Part shown: one piece after another, positions 35,014-46,375 of the stretch
How positions within the stretch are numbered: position 1 is the stretch's first letter
How the letters are laid out: each line of letters opens with the position of its first letter
From: Antedon mediterranea
Taxonomy: Eukaryota > Animalia > Echinodermata
Direction of reading: 5' to 3'
Length of the DNA: 64,000 nt
NCBI RefSeq assembly: GCF_964355755.1
Contig: NC_092674.1
Location: 18,042,001-18,106,000, forward strand
Translations under genes and position numbers: made by a program
The notes under the pieces: model-generated
What the model saw: the letters and a program-made list of their open reading frames with translations, nothing else
What the model was told of the DNA's origin: nothing
The model's database searches: none

Positions 35014-36379
35014 TTTGTTTGTTTGTTTGTTTTATTCGGTACTCAATACAACAAAAATACCAGGATGACCCATAAAGCTGAAACAGCTTAATTCCAATGG
35101 GGTCCTTTAAACAAGTAAGTTAGATAATAATGTGTACATTTATAAATGCATATTAATACAATAAACAGAAACATCCATATACAAAATACAATCATCAGCA
35201 TGGTTAATGCACAATACCAAAGTGAACCTTTAACGCACGTTTATATTCAATTCATTTTTGTATACTCTTGATATCGGAAGGTAGATCATTCCAGTCTTTA
35301 ATAGCATTATAATAAAATGTTTTAGAGGCTTGGCCTTTAATATTTGGAATTACAAAGTTTACATTGGATTTCCTTGTACTATGAGTTCAGAAATCTTTGT
35401 AAAATGTTCATTAAGATAAGGAGCGTCAATATCGTGGTATATTTTGAAAGCGTGGATTAGTCTAATATACTTAACTCTATCACTTATTTTCAGGTATCCA
35501 GTAACGGAAAGTTCGGCCTGACCAACATGTGCCCTAGGGGCGAGATCGAGAATAAATCTCACAATTTTGTTTTGTGTTACTTGAAGCTTATTTTTCAGGA
35601 CAGTACTGATACCACAATACCTTGGACATCGGTATGTCCGCTAGTTGATCGTTTCTGTCTGTAATCGGCATCACCGCTCCTTGTTCACCTTGCTCGCATT
35701 GACTTGCAAGTGACGGTAGTGCTTCGTTGTTGACTTTATATGCAACAATAGGAATGTACAGGTTTCCAACACGTGTGTATGGATCATTGAATTCGTTACG
35801 TAGGATTTCGCTACGAAGCATTGTTGTTGGATACACCTGTTCATCTTGCGTTGTTGTTATGTTAATTAGGCTGGTATTTCTCCGTGGCGATTTATAATTA
35901 AAATTAAAAACTGGAATTCTTGGCGTAATTTTTACAGATATCGATCGAATTTTTCCGGAACCTCCTCTACATCCCCTTACTGTGCTCTTTTCGATCCCTA
36001 GGTTTTTAAATGTTTTCCAAATATTACTAGCAATATGGGTACGTACCATCTTGTGTCCAATTTCGAAAAGCTTGATAGACGAGTATTTTAGCACCATCGT
36101 GTGTGATGCTGGGCGGATGAAAATTCGCCTGGGATTGACACGTCACAAAACAAAATGGCAATCCTAGAAAAAACGGCTCGATTCAGATGAAAATTAAATT
36201 GGTTTGTGCACAACTAACTGACATCAAAGTTACATCAAACAGCTACACGAAACAATATTACTGACAGGTACAGTCAACAATATAAAAAAAAGACGTATAA
36301 ATATATAAATTCAGCTAAACAATTAAAAAATATCAAGAGGACATCACAACCATGTCTTGCAGCTCGAGCGCATTCAACC
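35014..36379 (-). mobile_element. Internally deleted L2/CR1-group LINE derivative retaining both ends, with an unrelated ~230-bp core
   Basis: (AAAC)n tail at 35014; RT C-terminus LQVTQNKIVRFILDL..FYYNAIKDWNDLP; 5' part encodes LGI..RGCRGG; host repeat CTTAAGGGGTC|ATGGTACAGG rejoins with a GTC duplication. Confidence 0.7.
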
Positions 36380-39111
36380 GTCATGGTACAGGATTTGGCA
36401 CTTAAGAATTACGTTTTCCTTGTTGGGCAAACGTACTTATTGTATTTCCGAAGGTTCTATTGATGTACTCGATTGTGCTAATTAAAATGTTAATTAGCGC
36501 TAATTAAGTGGACTAGGTACAGGAGTTGACACTTAAGAATAACTGATCATCAATTAGACTCTAAAAATAAACATTTTTGCATTGGTTTTTACAGGTGTAC
36601 TCATTATGTTAATTAAGTATAGGTGAGACATATATTGACCTTTGACCCTTTCTTAAGGGGTCATGCATGGTACAGGATTTGGCACTTAAGAATTACGTTT
36701 TCTCAGTTGGGTAAATGTACTTATTGTATTGCCCAAGGTTTCATCGATGTACTCGACCATGTTAATTAAAATGTTAATTAGCGCTAATTAGTGGCTTTCT
36801 TAAGTGGACTATAGGTACAGGAGTTGACACTTAAGAATTACGGATCTTCAATTAGACCCTAAAAATAAACATTTTAACATTGGTTTCATTTATGTACTCA
36901 ATTATGCTGATTAAATCAAATTTTGGGGTATTTTGAGCGCCCCTCCCTAGAGTTGGTACAGGGGCGGGAACTTAAGAACGGCCGTTTGATGGTCCCTGTA
37001 CCCTACTTGACATATTCTATGCCTCAGACCTTTTGTACTCGCAATGCTAAACAAATCTTCATGGGCTCCCGGACCGTACGTGCAAGATGAGAAGATATTT
37101 AAACCTAATTTTTTACGTGTTTGGTTAGATGTAATGAAAATAAAAAATAGTTGATCTGAAGGGAACGATATGATATGTAAATAAACAAACTCAAAAGAAT
37201 TATGTTTACAGTACCCCCCCCCCCCCCACCCCCTGGATACGCCACTGCCTGCATGTACATTTGAAGTCGCCAGTTTTTTAACGCTGAAATCACTATTATA
37301 TGTATTTGAGAACCATCTGTGGGCACAATCTAGTATGTCACAATTTGAAGAATTTACAAGGCTCCACTTATATAATCTTTCATTTGTTGGAAATATTCTG
37401 TCGAACAATTTAAAATTAAAATGTGCCAGTTTTTTTTCTTTAAGACCAGAAACTTTCTTAACCCCTATTTTGTTCCATGGCAGATTACCAAATATGGATT
37501 CCCACTTAACCTGTGCCGTTGGAGTAAAATATTGAGCATCTATTATGAGTCTATATAATTGTCTAGACGTCATATTTAAGACCTTATTGTTTGTAATAGG
37601 TATATCATCATTTACATTAATGTCACATGTTGATTTTAAAATACATTTCCATTCTTTAGGAATGGCTTTCAATATACAAGAATATTCACTGATCCAATTT
37701 TGTGTACATTTTAATAACCCTGATCTAATCCAGTTACAGTTATATAACGGCTTCTTTTTAATACAGATAAATGCATTACCCCAAAATGATTGATTAATGA
37801 TATCATCAAAGCTTATTGGTTTCTTATTTAATCTATTATTGCAAGCATTAGCTACAGCGATAGAATTAATAACCGAGAGATAAAATGGTGGTACAGATAT
37901 GTTACATGGAACTTTTGAAATATTTGAGGTTAGTGATTTTGGGCCTATATTTTCTATATAAAATGTTGGTAAATATTTCCATTTGGCATAATCATCTTCA
38001 TACAGTCTCCTGTACCTACCATTTAACTTGGAAAGATATTACCTGAGATCTGAAATCTACCATTTTTAGACCACCTTGACTGTAATTTGCACACATGGTT
38101 TTTCTTTTTATTTTTTCTTTCTTAGTTTCCCAAATGAATTTAAAAATTAATTTTTCTGGTACTAGCAAAATGCTGGAATTGTATATAATTTTTGAGAGCG
38201 CTAATGTTTTTACAATAGTAATTCTTCCAAAAAAAGTGAGGTGTCTTTTCTCCCATGTTTTTAGGGTATTTTCTAAAGCATAAACTTTTTCTTTCCAATT
38301 CTTTTGATAACAATATTCCTTATCATGTCCAACGTAGATACCAAATATCCGAATTGGTGTGGATGTCCAAGAAATGTTACCATGTGTGTCCTTACAGTCT
38401 CTTAAACTGCCAAGCCAAAAAGCATCTGTTTTATTCTTATTTAATTTTAATCCAGAAACCTCTCCAAACTTTTCAATAATATTTATGCTGTTATCTATAC
38501 TATTTATATCTTTTAGAAAAAGTACTGTGTCATCTGCTAGCTGTGCAATCTTAATATCTTTAAATATACCATTGCCTGCAGGAACAGTCAGGCCTTTGAC
38601 CATATCACATGTTCTTATTTTCGTAGCTAGTACTTCAGCTACTAAAATAAACAGTACAGCAGACAAGGGACATCCTTGTCCAATACCTTGATGCATGGCA
38701 AAACTTTCTGATTGCCAACCATTATTTGTGAATATACAATTTGTATTGTTATACAGTGCTTTTACCCAGTTCACAAATGAAATACCAAAATTGAATTTAT
38801 ATAAGGTTTCTATTAAAAATGATCTATTGACACTGTCAAATGCTTTTTGGAAATCTAAACTAATAAGTATACCTTCAAGCTGTTAATTTTCCATGTAAGT
38901 AATTGTCATCTATTAGTCTTATATTGTCACCACCAAAGCGACCTTTTACATAACCTTTTTGGTCATTATTTATTATTGACTTTGCAACTAGATGTAATCT
39001 TGTTGTAAGAACAAAAGAAGCTATTTTGTAGTCAATATTGAGTAAAGTGATAGGGCGCCAGTTATAAATCTTTGTGTAAATAAGGTTGATTATTCCTCTT
39101 CTTTGTGTATA

Positions 39112-39406
39112 ATATAAAGATAAATTTATTGAACGAACGCTTTTGTATCAGCGGCACACGTTTATAAGACGGTGCGTTCATTTACAAGGCAATGTAAAAA
39201 CAAAAAGAAAAGTATCAAAAAATAACATTTAAGTCTTAACTAAGAAGCGAATTATACAAGTAAAATGAAATTAGTAAAAACAAGGTAATCTTACATATCG
39301 AACAATACTTAACCTATATGATGGAGTTAATGTTATTATCTATTTATTATCAGTATTATTAATATTTTCAAGTTTTAAGCGAATATATTATCATTATTAT
39401 TACTAA

Positions 39407-39437
<31 letters not shown>

Positions 39438-42400
39438 TAATTGCTAATTGATTTATTATACTGTTATTATTAAAATAAATGCAACTTTTATATGATTATT
39501 TGTTCTTATTATATTTAATATTAATAGTTATTTGTAATTCAATTAAATGTGATACAATTTTTATTATACTATTTAGTCTTATTTTTAGTACTGTATTATT
39601 TATTTATTTTATTTAGATTTAGGTTACATTATATAATTTTGAAGAAAAAAAAAATATATATATATATAAAAATATAATATATTATTGAATTAGATAAATG
39701 GTAAAATAATGTTAGTAGATAATATGGTGGGCGGTAAATATTTATATATTATATATTAAGTGTAGTCTTTCTATGTCTCCATGCAGCAGTTAAGTATTGT
39801 TTACAGTGATAGTCTACAATTTCACCGATTCTCTCAAATGGAAATTCTAAATAAAGGTCATCAAGTAAAATATGATGTTGGTATTCGATTGTACCACTTC
39901 TAAAATTCTCCCAGAATGTATCATAACCACAATACAATAAATCCATTTTTAGTAAGTTAAAATGTGTTTCTCTTACATTTTTAAGGTTTGAACATTCAAG
40001 TAGAAAATGGTCTGTAGTTTCAATTAACTGATTGTTGCATAGCTTGCAAAAACCAGTCTCATTTTCTGACCATGTATTTTTTCTACCTTCTAAATCAAGA
40101 GAGTTAGACCTCGCTTTAAACTTTAAACTAATGGAATCAAAATTCACCATATCAAACATGTATGTCTCTGCTTTAGGTTCATGTTTATATTTCAAATATT
40201 CGGAGAGGGTTGACTTTGTTTTTGCACCTTCTAACCATTCCTTGATATTTTCTAGAGAGTTGGCATGTGTAAAACTCTTGAACCATTGACTTTCCGGATT
40301 TAAATTAAACTTATTTCCTAAATCAAATTTACATAATAAATCTTTGATATGGTTAATCCACTTCCATTTCACCTTATCTTCTACATCCATTATAGATCTA
40401 CATAGTAGTTTTTGCCACCTTTGGTCGTCCATATTTTTAATTCTGTTAAAATAGGACATCCTAAATTTATTTTGGATGGTGTAGAGTGTCTCCCATCCTA
40501 GGTCACCAATCAATGCCGCTTTCGCAACGTTTCTTGGTGCCTTCAAAATAATTCTAGCCATTTGGTATTGTAAATTTTCTAACTTATTTAGTGAACCTTT
40601 AGAGTTACATAACCATATTGCAGAGGCGTAATTATTTGTTGGTAATCCTATCGTTCTCCATAAAAGATCACCATAGTATACCCTATTGAAATCATTCTGA
40701 TTGTTTATAATAGAGGTAATATAGGCTATTATCCTATTTCCCTTTTTGATTACTTCATTGATATTGTCAGAATCTGTATATGAACGTGATATTATTACAC
40801 CAAGATATTTATACCTTTCTATTTCTGTGATATAATGATTACCAAGGCTCCATGTTCTATGTGGATTTACTCTTTGCCCTGTGACCAGCACATTTGATTT
40901 GTCAAAATTAAACTCTAATTTCCATGCTTGTGAATAATCACTTGCTACTTTAAGTAGTTTCACAAGTTCAGACTCATTGTCACCGATTAAAACCACGTCA
41001 TCAGCAAAAAATAGTGCACCTATTTGTGTGTCATAGATTTGAACACCTAGTTTATGACTTTTGATTAGATTATTTAGTTCGTTAATGTAAATAGAAAAAA
41101 GAACTGGTGACAATGAACAGCCTTGTTTCACTCCTTCATTAATGCTAAACTTATCAGATTCTATGTCATTGAACAAAACTTTGCATTTAACATCATCGTA
41201 TATATTTCTTAGTAAGTTAAGGAGTTTACCACGGATACCAATTCTTTTGGCAGCCGTAATTAACCCTTGTCGCCAGACTGAATCAAAGGCTTTTTTAAAG
41301 TCCAAAAAGGCCAGAAATGTTTTTTTACCCTCAGCACGCCTTGTGGCGATAATGCTTTTCAAGACAAAAATGTGGTCTTCACATCTTCTGTCTGTCCGAA
41401 AGCCCCCTTGGACTTCACCAAGGATGCCATTTTCTTCTAAAAATTGAGAAATATTATATGCAATAATTCGATTAAAGATTTTTGAAACACATGAATTAAG
41501 TGTGATACCTCGATAATTATTGAGATCACGTCGATCTCCTTTTTTAAATATTGGGATAATTATCCCTTCATTCCATTCATTCGGTATAGTTTCAGTTTGT
41601 ATAATTCTGGTAAACAATTTTTGGAGTGATAATGTGATTAGATTACCTCCGTTTTTTAACATTTCGTTTGTTATAGAGTCAATACCTGGACTTTTGTTAT
41701 TTTTTGCCTTTGATATAGCATAAGCGACATCATCAAATGAAATATTTATATTATCTAAAATATGATCACAATGAATATCATTACTGTTACTATTATTATC
41801 GTGGGAAGAGTGGAGAATATCGTTACTGTTAGTTGTATTAAATTTTGCAATATTGCCAAAGTGTAATTTTAGCGAATTTTTCATATCGTCGTGGTCTGAA
41901 GAATATCTTGAAGTTCCTGGTATTAGGATAGAATCAACATTTTGTTTCTGTCGTTTGCCTTTGAGTTCATTCCAAAATTCCTTAGATTGAGGCCCTCCTT
42001 TATCCATAATTTTTGAGCAATTTGATATTTTCTTTTGCATAATTTTGCGTTTAAAAAGTGATTTACAGAATTTCCGCTTCTCTTGGTATGTTTCCCATAG
42101 AGAATTACAATAATTGATATCAAAATCAATATTATGTTTATTCTTTGAATATAATCTATGTGCTCGACACGATTGTCTACGTTGATTTATAGCATATTTT
42201 GTTTCTTTATCAAACCATATCTTTTTGTTTGATCTCGTTTTCTTATAGCCTATTGTATTCTCTGCAACTAGCGTAACTTTGTTTTTCCACTCTACCCAAG
42301 CATCGTTCGCATCTAAACGACCAGGGTCCCAATCTTTAAAGTCGTAGTTAATTGAACTACTAAAATCACTCCAATCTTTAGGGATATTCCAATGTTTTGT

Positions 42401-42857
42401 GTTAGTTTTTGTCACCTTACTGGTTTTACAAATATTATTCTCTATTAGTGTGATTACAAGCATGTTATGATCACTTCCATAATTATACAGTCCAAATTCA
42501 TCAATAAACAATTCTTTTGTTACTTCATAGGTTTCTTGTGAAACAATGGCGTAATCTAGTATGCTGGCTTGGTTCTTTTGTACCCAAGTTAAAGTACCAG
42601 CACATTTGTCAGAGGCGTTAAGCATAGTTAATTCACCATTATTACAAAGGTCAATCAACCCTTGACCATTATAATTAGTAATAGGATCTCCCCCTTTAAT
42701 CGTGTTACCTACTTTACCATTAAAATCCCCAAGGATAATGATTTTGGCATCTTCATTATTACCTTTAATTATAAAAATTTCCGAAAGCAGAGCTGTATAC
42801 AATTCATCGGTTAGGCATTTATCAGACCCTTCACATGGGAAGTAACACAAGTGACAC
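39112..42857 (-). mobile_element. 5'-truncated RTEX-like non-LTR retrotransposon inserted in the L1/Tx1 ORF2
   Basis: Removing it restores L1 QKMS|YTQRRGII with no TSD; ~640-bp AT-rich 3' UTR ending AATAAATTTATCTTTATAT. Confidence 0.85.
39749..42857 (-). CDS. Uninterrupted endonuclease (partial APE)-reverse transcriptase ORF, ~1035 aa, with C-terminal CxxC..H..C motif
   Basis: ILGDFNG..LDYAIV..SDH (APE), NYRGITL, FLDFKKAFDSV, GVKQGCSLSP, LFFADD, YKYLG, CKLC..ETTDHFLLEC; no stops; the first few residues of the called ORF come from the flanking L1. Confidence 0.95.
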
Positions 42858-43699
42858 AGACATTTTTTGTGTGACAAAACCATAATTTAGTGAATCACAA
42901 ACAAGGTCACAGATAAGGTAACAGAAGAGTTGATAAAACTCAACTGTTAAACCGTCACTGCCTGAAGCTTTATTTTTTTTCATTTTCTTTATTGCTTGCT
43001 CACATTCGAAGAGAGCGAGCTGACCCTCACACATCTCTTTTTCTGCCTCTGTGAGTTTAGTTAAATTAACATGAGATAGATACTTATCAATTGATTTGTA
43101 TGGAACATCTTGTTTAGCGTATATTTTTTTGAAGAAATTAACCTCTTCCTTCAATATCTCTGTGGAATTTGATATAATGGATCCGTCCTGTTTTAAAAAT
43201 TTTTAAATATGTTTTTTATTACTATTATTTTTCTCTAAACCAAGAAAATATTTAGTGTTTCGTTCGCCATCTTCTATCCATTTACTCTTGACCTAATTTG
43301 AGCACCTTTAGCTTCCAATAGGTAAATTTGCTCAAGTTTATTCTTTTTTTGATCTAAATCTGTTTCAGCACCCGATTCTGCTACTGTCCACAGGTGCTAT
43401 CTGTAAAACTATAGCAAGTTATACACGTTGCTGTCTGCTATAAATGCTGTACTTTTAACACACGGTACACTGTCTGTAGCACAGTGTGTGTTGACAATTT
43501 ACAATGATGTACAACCATAGGCAGGTTTTCGTACTGCCATGCAAGAATGGATAGGTGTTTTCCGCCGCTTTTAGGCCTTCTAGTCAATTATTGTTATTAT
43601 TATACGAATTACGCGTAATTAGTCTAGTAGCTCATCTACCTTTTTAGCAGGGCATAATGAATATTGTAGCTAGGCTAGGCCTACTAGTCTAGCGGGAAA

Positions 43700-44277
43700 T
43701 CAACCAATTATTTGGTTGGATACGAGTTTAGGGTAGGAAGTTAAGTACGAGTTGGCATGGGTACGAGTCGACCAGGGGTGAATCGACCAGAGTACACCCG
43801 GCCGCCCTACTAGAGCATAGGCTACAGGCCTGCAGGAATGGGAAATCTGTCCTAGCTATAGGCATAGGCCTATTGGGACGCCCAAAAAAGCCATCCTATG
43901 AGCATAAAAAGGCCTCGTAGAGCCAGACATGTTAACATATACTACACAGTACTAGTAGGTCTACCATTTATTATAGTTCCATGGTACTACGGATCACTAC
44001 TATCTAGGTCTAGTAGTAGTAGTAGGCTAGGGTAGGGTTCCAGTAATTTCGGTCGCGTTTTTTCAGGAGGGCATGTGAGAGGTGAGGTAGGTTAGCCCAG
44101 CTAGGCTAAACTAACATGTAAGTAGTATTCTACCATGGGATGGGAGCGAGTCGGCATGGGGGTACGGGTTGATCTTTATCCGTATTCTAGGGTGCTGGTC
44201 AACCCGTAACGTACCCATGTCAACTCGTACCAAACTTGGCTAACTCGTACCCAAATAATTGGTCAACTCGTACCAAT
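43700..44277. repeat. Back-to-back Mutator-like MITE ends with GTACGAGTTG subrepeats flanking a CTAG-rich island
   Basis: GGTACGAGTCGACC-type units at 43710-43790 and the inverted GTCAACTCGTACC units at 44190-44277. Confidence 0.5.
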
Positions 44278-44849
44278 AGCTTTATAGCTTTATTGATAGC
44301 TGGGTTCAAATCTAGGTTGGGACGGTTTTTTCTCATTCTAAAACAGATTTCCTTATAATAATAAAATAATATCGACCTATGAATTTAACTGTAATATTGT
44401 ATTGTATGTAATATTAGTAGTAATAGTAATTCCCATTGCATTTATTATTATAATATATTTTACGGTTACCCCTTAATTATACTATAGTATAACTTCCTTG
44501 TTATATTTTACAATATTTTCTTCATAATTCAACAATTTTTTTTCACACCAAATCTCATGAAATCTCTAGTGTATTTCTCCAAGCTAATCCAGCTACACGG
44601 TATTGCCTTGAGGCTAAACTACACTGTATACTGGGCACTACCATCATTCCTGGCCCGTCAACCTGGACCACATTATGGTCCAACACAGTCGTGTACTACT
44701 GATTCCAAATAGTAAATTACATCCTGTGGTCAAGGATTTATTTGCACTTATGCTTATTTCCTCCAACATACAGAGTACGTAGGGCTTTTAATTTGCTTTT
44801 ATACCTCTACCTCTCCGTGAAGACAATAATTATGAAAATGGTAATGATG

Positions 44850-46375
44850 TACCGTTAGTTGTTCTTGAAGAGAATACTTGTATTGAGTTTAGTAGATGTA
44901 AGTCAAATAAGTCAGCTGGTCCAGACGGTATATCCCCTATGCTTGTTAAACATTGTTGCAAACAGATTGCCCATATTTTTACATACATTTTCAATTTCTC
45001 TCTTATATCTCAAATTATTCCGCGATGTTTTAAAGATTCTATAATAGTTCCAATTCCGAAACGTTCCCCAATCGAAACCCTGAATGATTTTCGACCTATA
45101 ACATTAACATCGGTTCTGATGAAATGCTTTGAACATATAGTCCTTAATTACCTAAAGGCCAAGTGTCCTCGAGATCTTGACCAATATCAGTTCGCCTATA
45201 GACCAAACCGGTCTACCGAAGATGCTGTATCGATCACTTTGCATAGGATCTTAGAGCATCTCGAACGTGATAAAAGATATGCTAGGATTTTATATATAGA
45301 TTTTAGTTCAGCATTTAATACGATTGTACCGTATAAGTTACACACTAAGATGGTTGAAATCGGTTTCGATATTTCTATATGTAACTGGGTGTTAAACTTT
45401 TTAACTGATCGACCCCAACGTACTAAAGTGGGTACCACTATATCAGATAAGCGTATTATAAATACAGGTGTACCACAGGGCTGTGTACTGTCGCCCTTTC
45501 TTTTTACTTTATTTACTTATGACTGTGTTACCTACTACAGTAACTGTCACATCGCTAAATTTGCGGATGATACTACCATTGTAGGTCTAATCAATGATGA
45601 CAGTGATGAGTCTAATTATCGCAACCAAGTTAAACGAGTTGTAGACTGGTGTAACGAAAACAATCTGTTCTTGAATGTATCTAAGACTAAAGAAATGGTT
45701 GTTGATTTCCGTAAATCACTTAATGTCAAATATCCAATATTTATTAATGGTATATCAGTTGAGTTTGTAGAAGAATTTAAATTCTTGGGTATTTATATTT
45801 CAAATGATCTGAAGTGGCATATTAACACACGTAACATTATTAGAAAGGCCCAAAGAAGAATCTACTTCCTACGTAGACTTAAATCATTTGGTATAAACTC
45901 TGTAATAATGTCGTCCTTCTATAGGTCAGTTATAGAGAGTGTAATAACGTATTCTTTAACGGTATGGTTCGGTAGCGCTACCGAAAATGAAAAGCGTGAC
46001 CTAAATAGAATAGTCAAGACCGCATCGCGTATAATTGGATCTACACAACTGCCTTTGGAGAACATATTTTCGGATCGTCTTCTGAAAAAGGCAGTGGCTA
46101 TCAAAGATGATCATTTTCATCCGGCCTCTAGTATGTTCCAGTTGATGCGCAGCGGTCGGCGATTTCGTTCTATTAAGGCCAATAAGGCACGATTTACAAA
46201 TAGTTTCTTTCCAGGATCTATTAGAGCCTTAAATATGATGTAGACTTTTTTTTGTAATGTTCTTGTTTTTTGAGTTCGTGTTGTGTCCGTTGGATATTGT
46301 GCTCCGCCAACAGAGCAAACAGAATTTCTATGTTTTTCCTAAAACAAATGATAATAAATGATACTTGACTTGACT
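44850..46375 (+). mobile_element. 5'-truncated Rex1/Babar (L2-group) LINE
   Basis: RT ORF plus short 3' UTR and (CTTGA)n tail after AATAAA. Confidence 0.9.
44939..46243 (+). CDS. Reverse transcriptase (partial ORF, 434 aa)
   Basis: NDFRPITLTS..MKCFE, QFAYRPNRSTEDA, IDFSSAFNTI, TGVPQGCVLSP, KFADDT, LNVSKTKEMVVDFR, FKFLG; Rex1-type C-terminus (FYRSVIESV..VWFG). Confidence 0.95.
   Translation: MLVKHCCKQIAHIFTYIFNFSLISQIIPRCFKDSIIVPIPKRSPIETLNDFRPITLTSVLMKCFEHIVLNYLKAKCPRDLDQYQFAYRPNRSTEDAVSITLHRILEHLERDKRYARILYIDFSSAFNTIVPYKLHTKMVEIGFDISICNWVLNFLTDRPQRTKVGTTISDKRIINTGVPQGCVLSPFLFTLFTYDCVTYYSNCHIAKFADDTTIVGLINDDSDESNYRNQVKRVVDWCNENNLFLNVSKTKEMVVDFRKSLNVKYPIFINGISVEFVEEFKFLGIYISNDLKWHINTRNIIRKAQRRIYFLRRLKSFGINSVIMSSFYRSVIESVITYSLTVWFGSATENEKRDLNRIVKTASRIIGSTQLPLENIFSDRLLKKAVAIKDDHFHPASSMFQLMRSGRRFRSIKANKARFTNSFFPGSIRALNMM

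Larger units (their letters stand above)
31474..37076. mobile_element. Large foldback element (Academ-like) with >700-bp TIRs built from ~290-bp tandem units
   Basis: 31477-32190 is the near-perfect reverse complement of 36381-37073; termini TAATCCGGG / CCCGGACCG resemble TAGTCC; CTAATTGAAGAT recurs at about 31695, 31986 and 32266. Confidence 0.8.
37262..43375 (-). pseudogene. L1/Tx1-clade LINE ORF2 remnant (43375-42858 and 39111-37262), split by a younger LINE
   Basis: AKGAQIRSR..WIEDGERNTKYFLGLEK, KNKASGSDGLTVEFY, WRPITLLNIDYKI, LDFQKAFDSV, QGCPLS, QLADDT, TFFGRITIVKTLALSK; frameshifts present. Confidence 0.92.

Noticed and set aside
36947-37672. 241-aa ORF
   Set aside because: Read-through from the L1 ORF2 end across a hAT-like fragment into the Academ-like TIR
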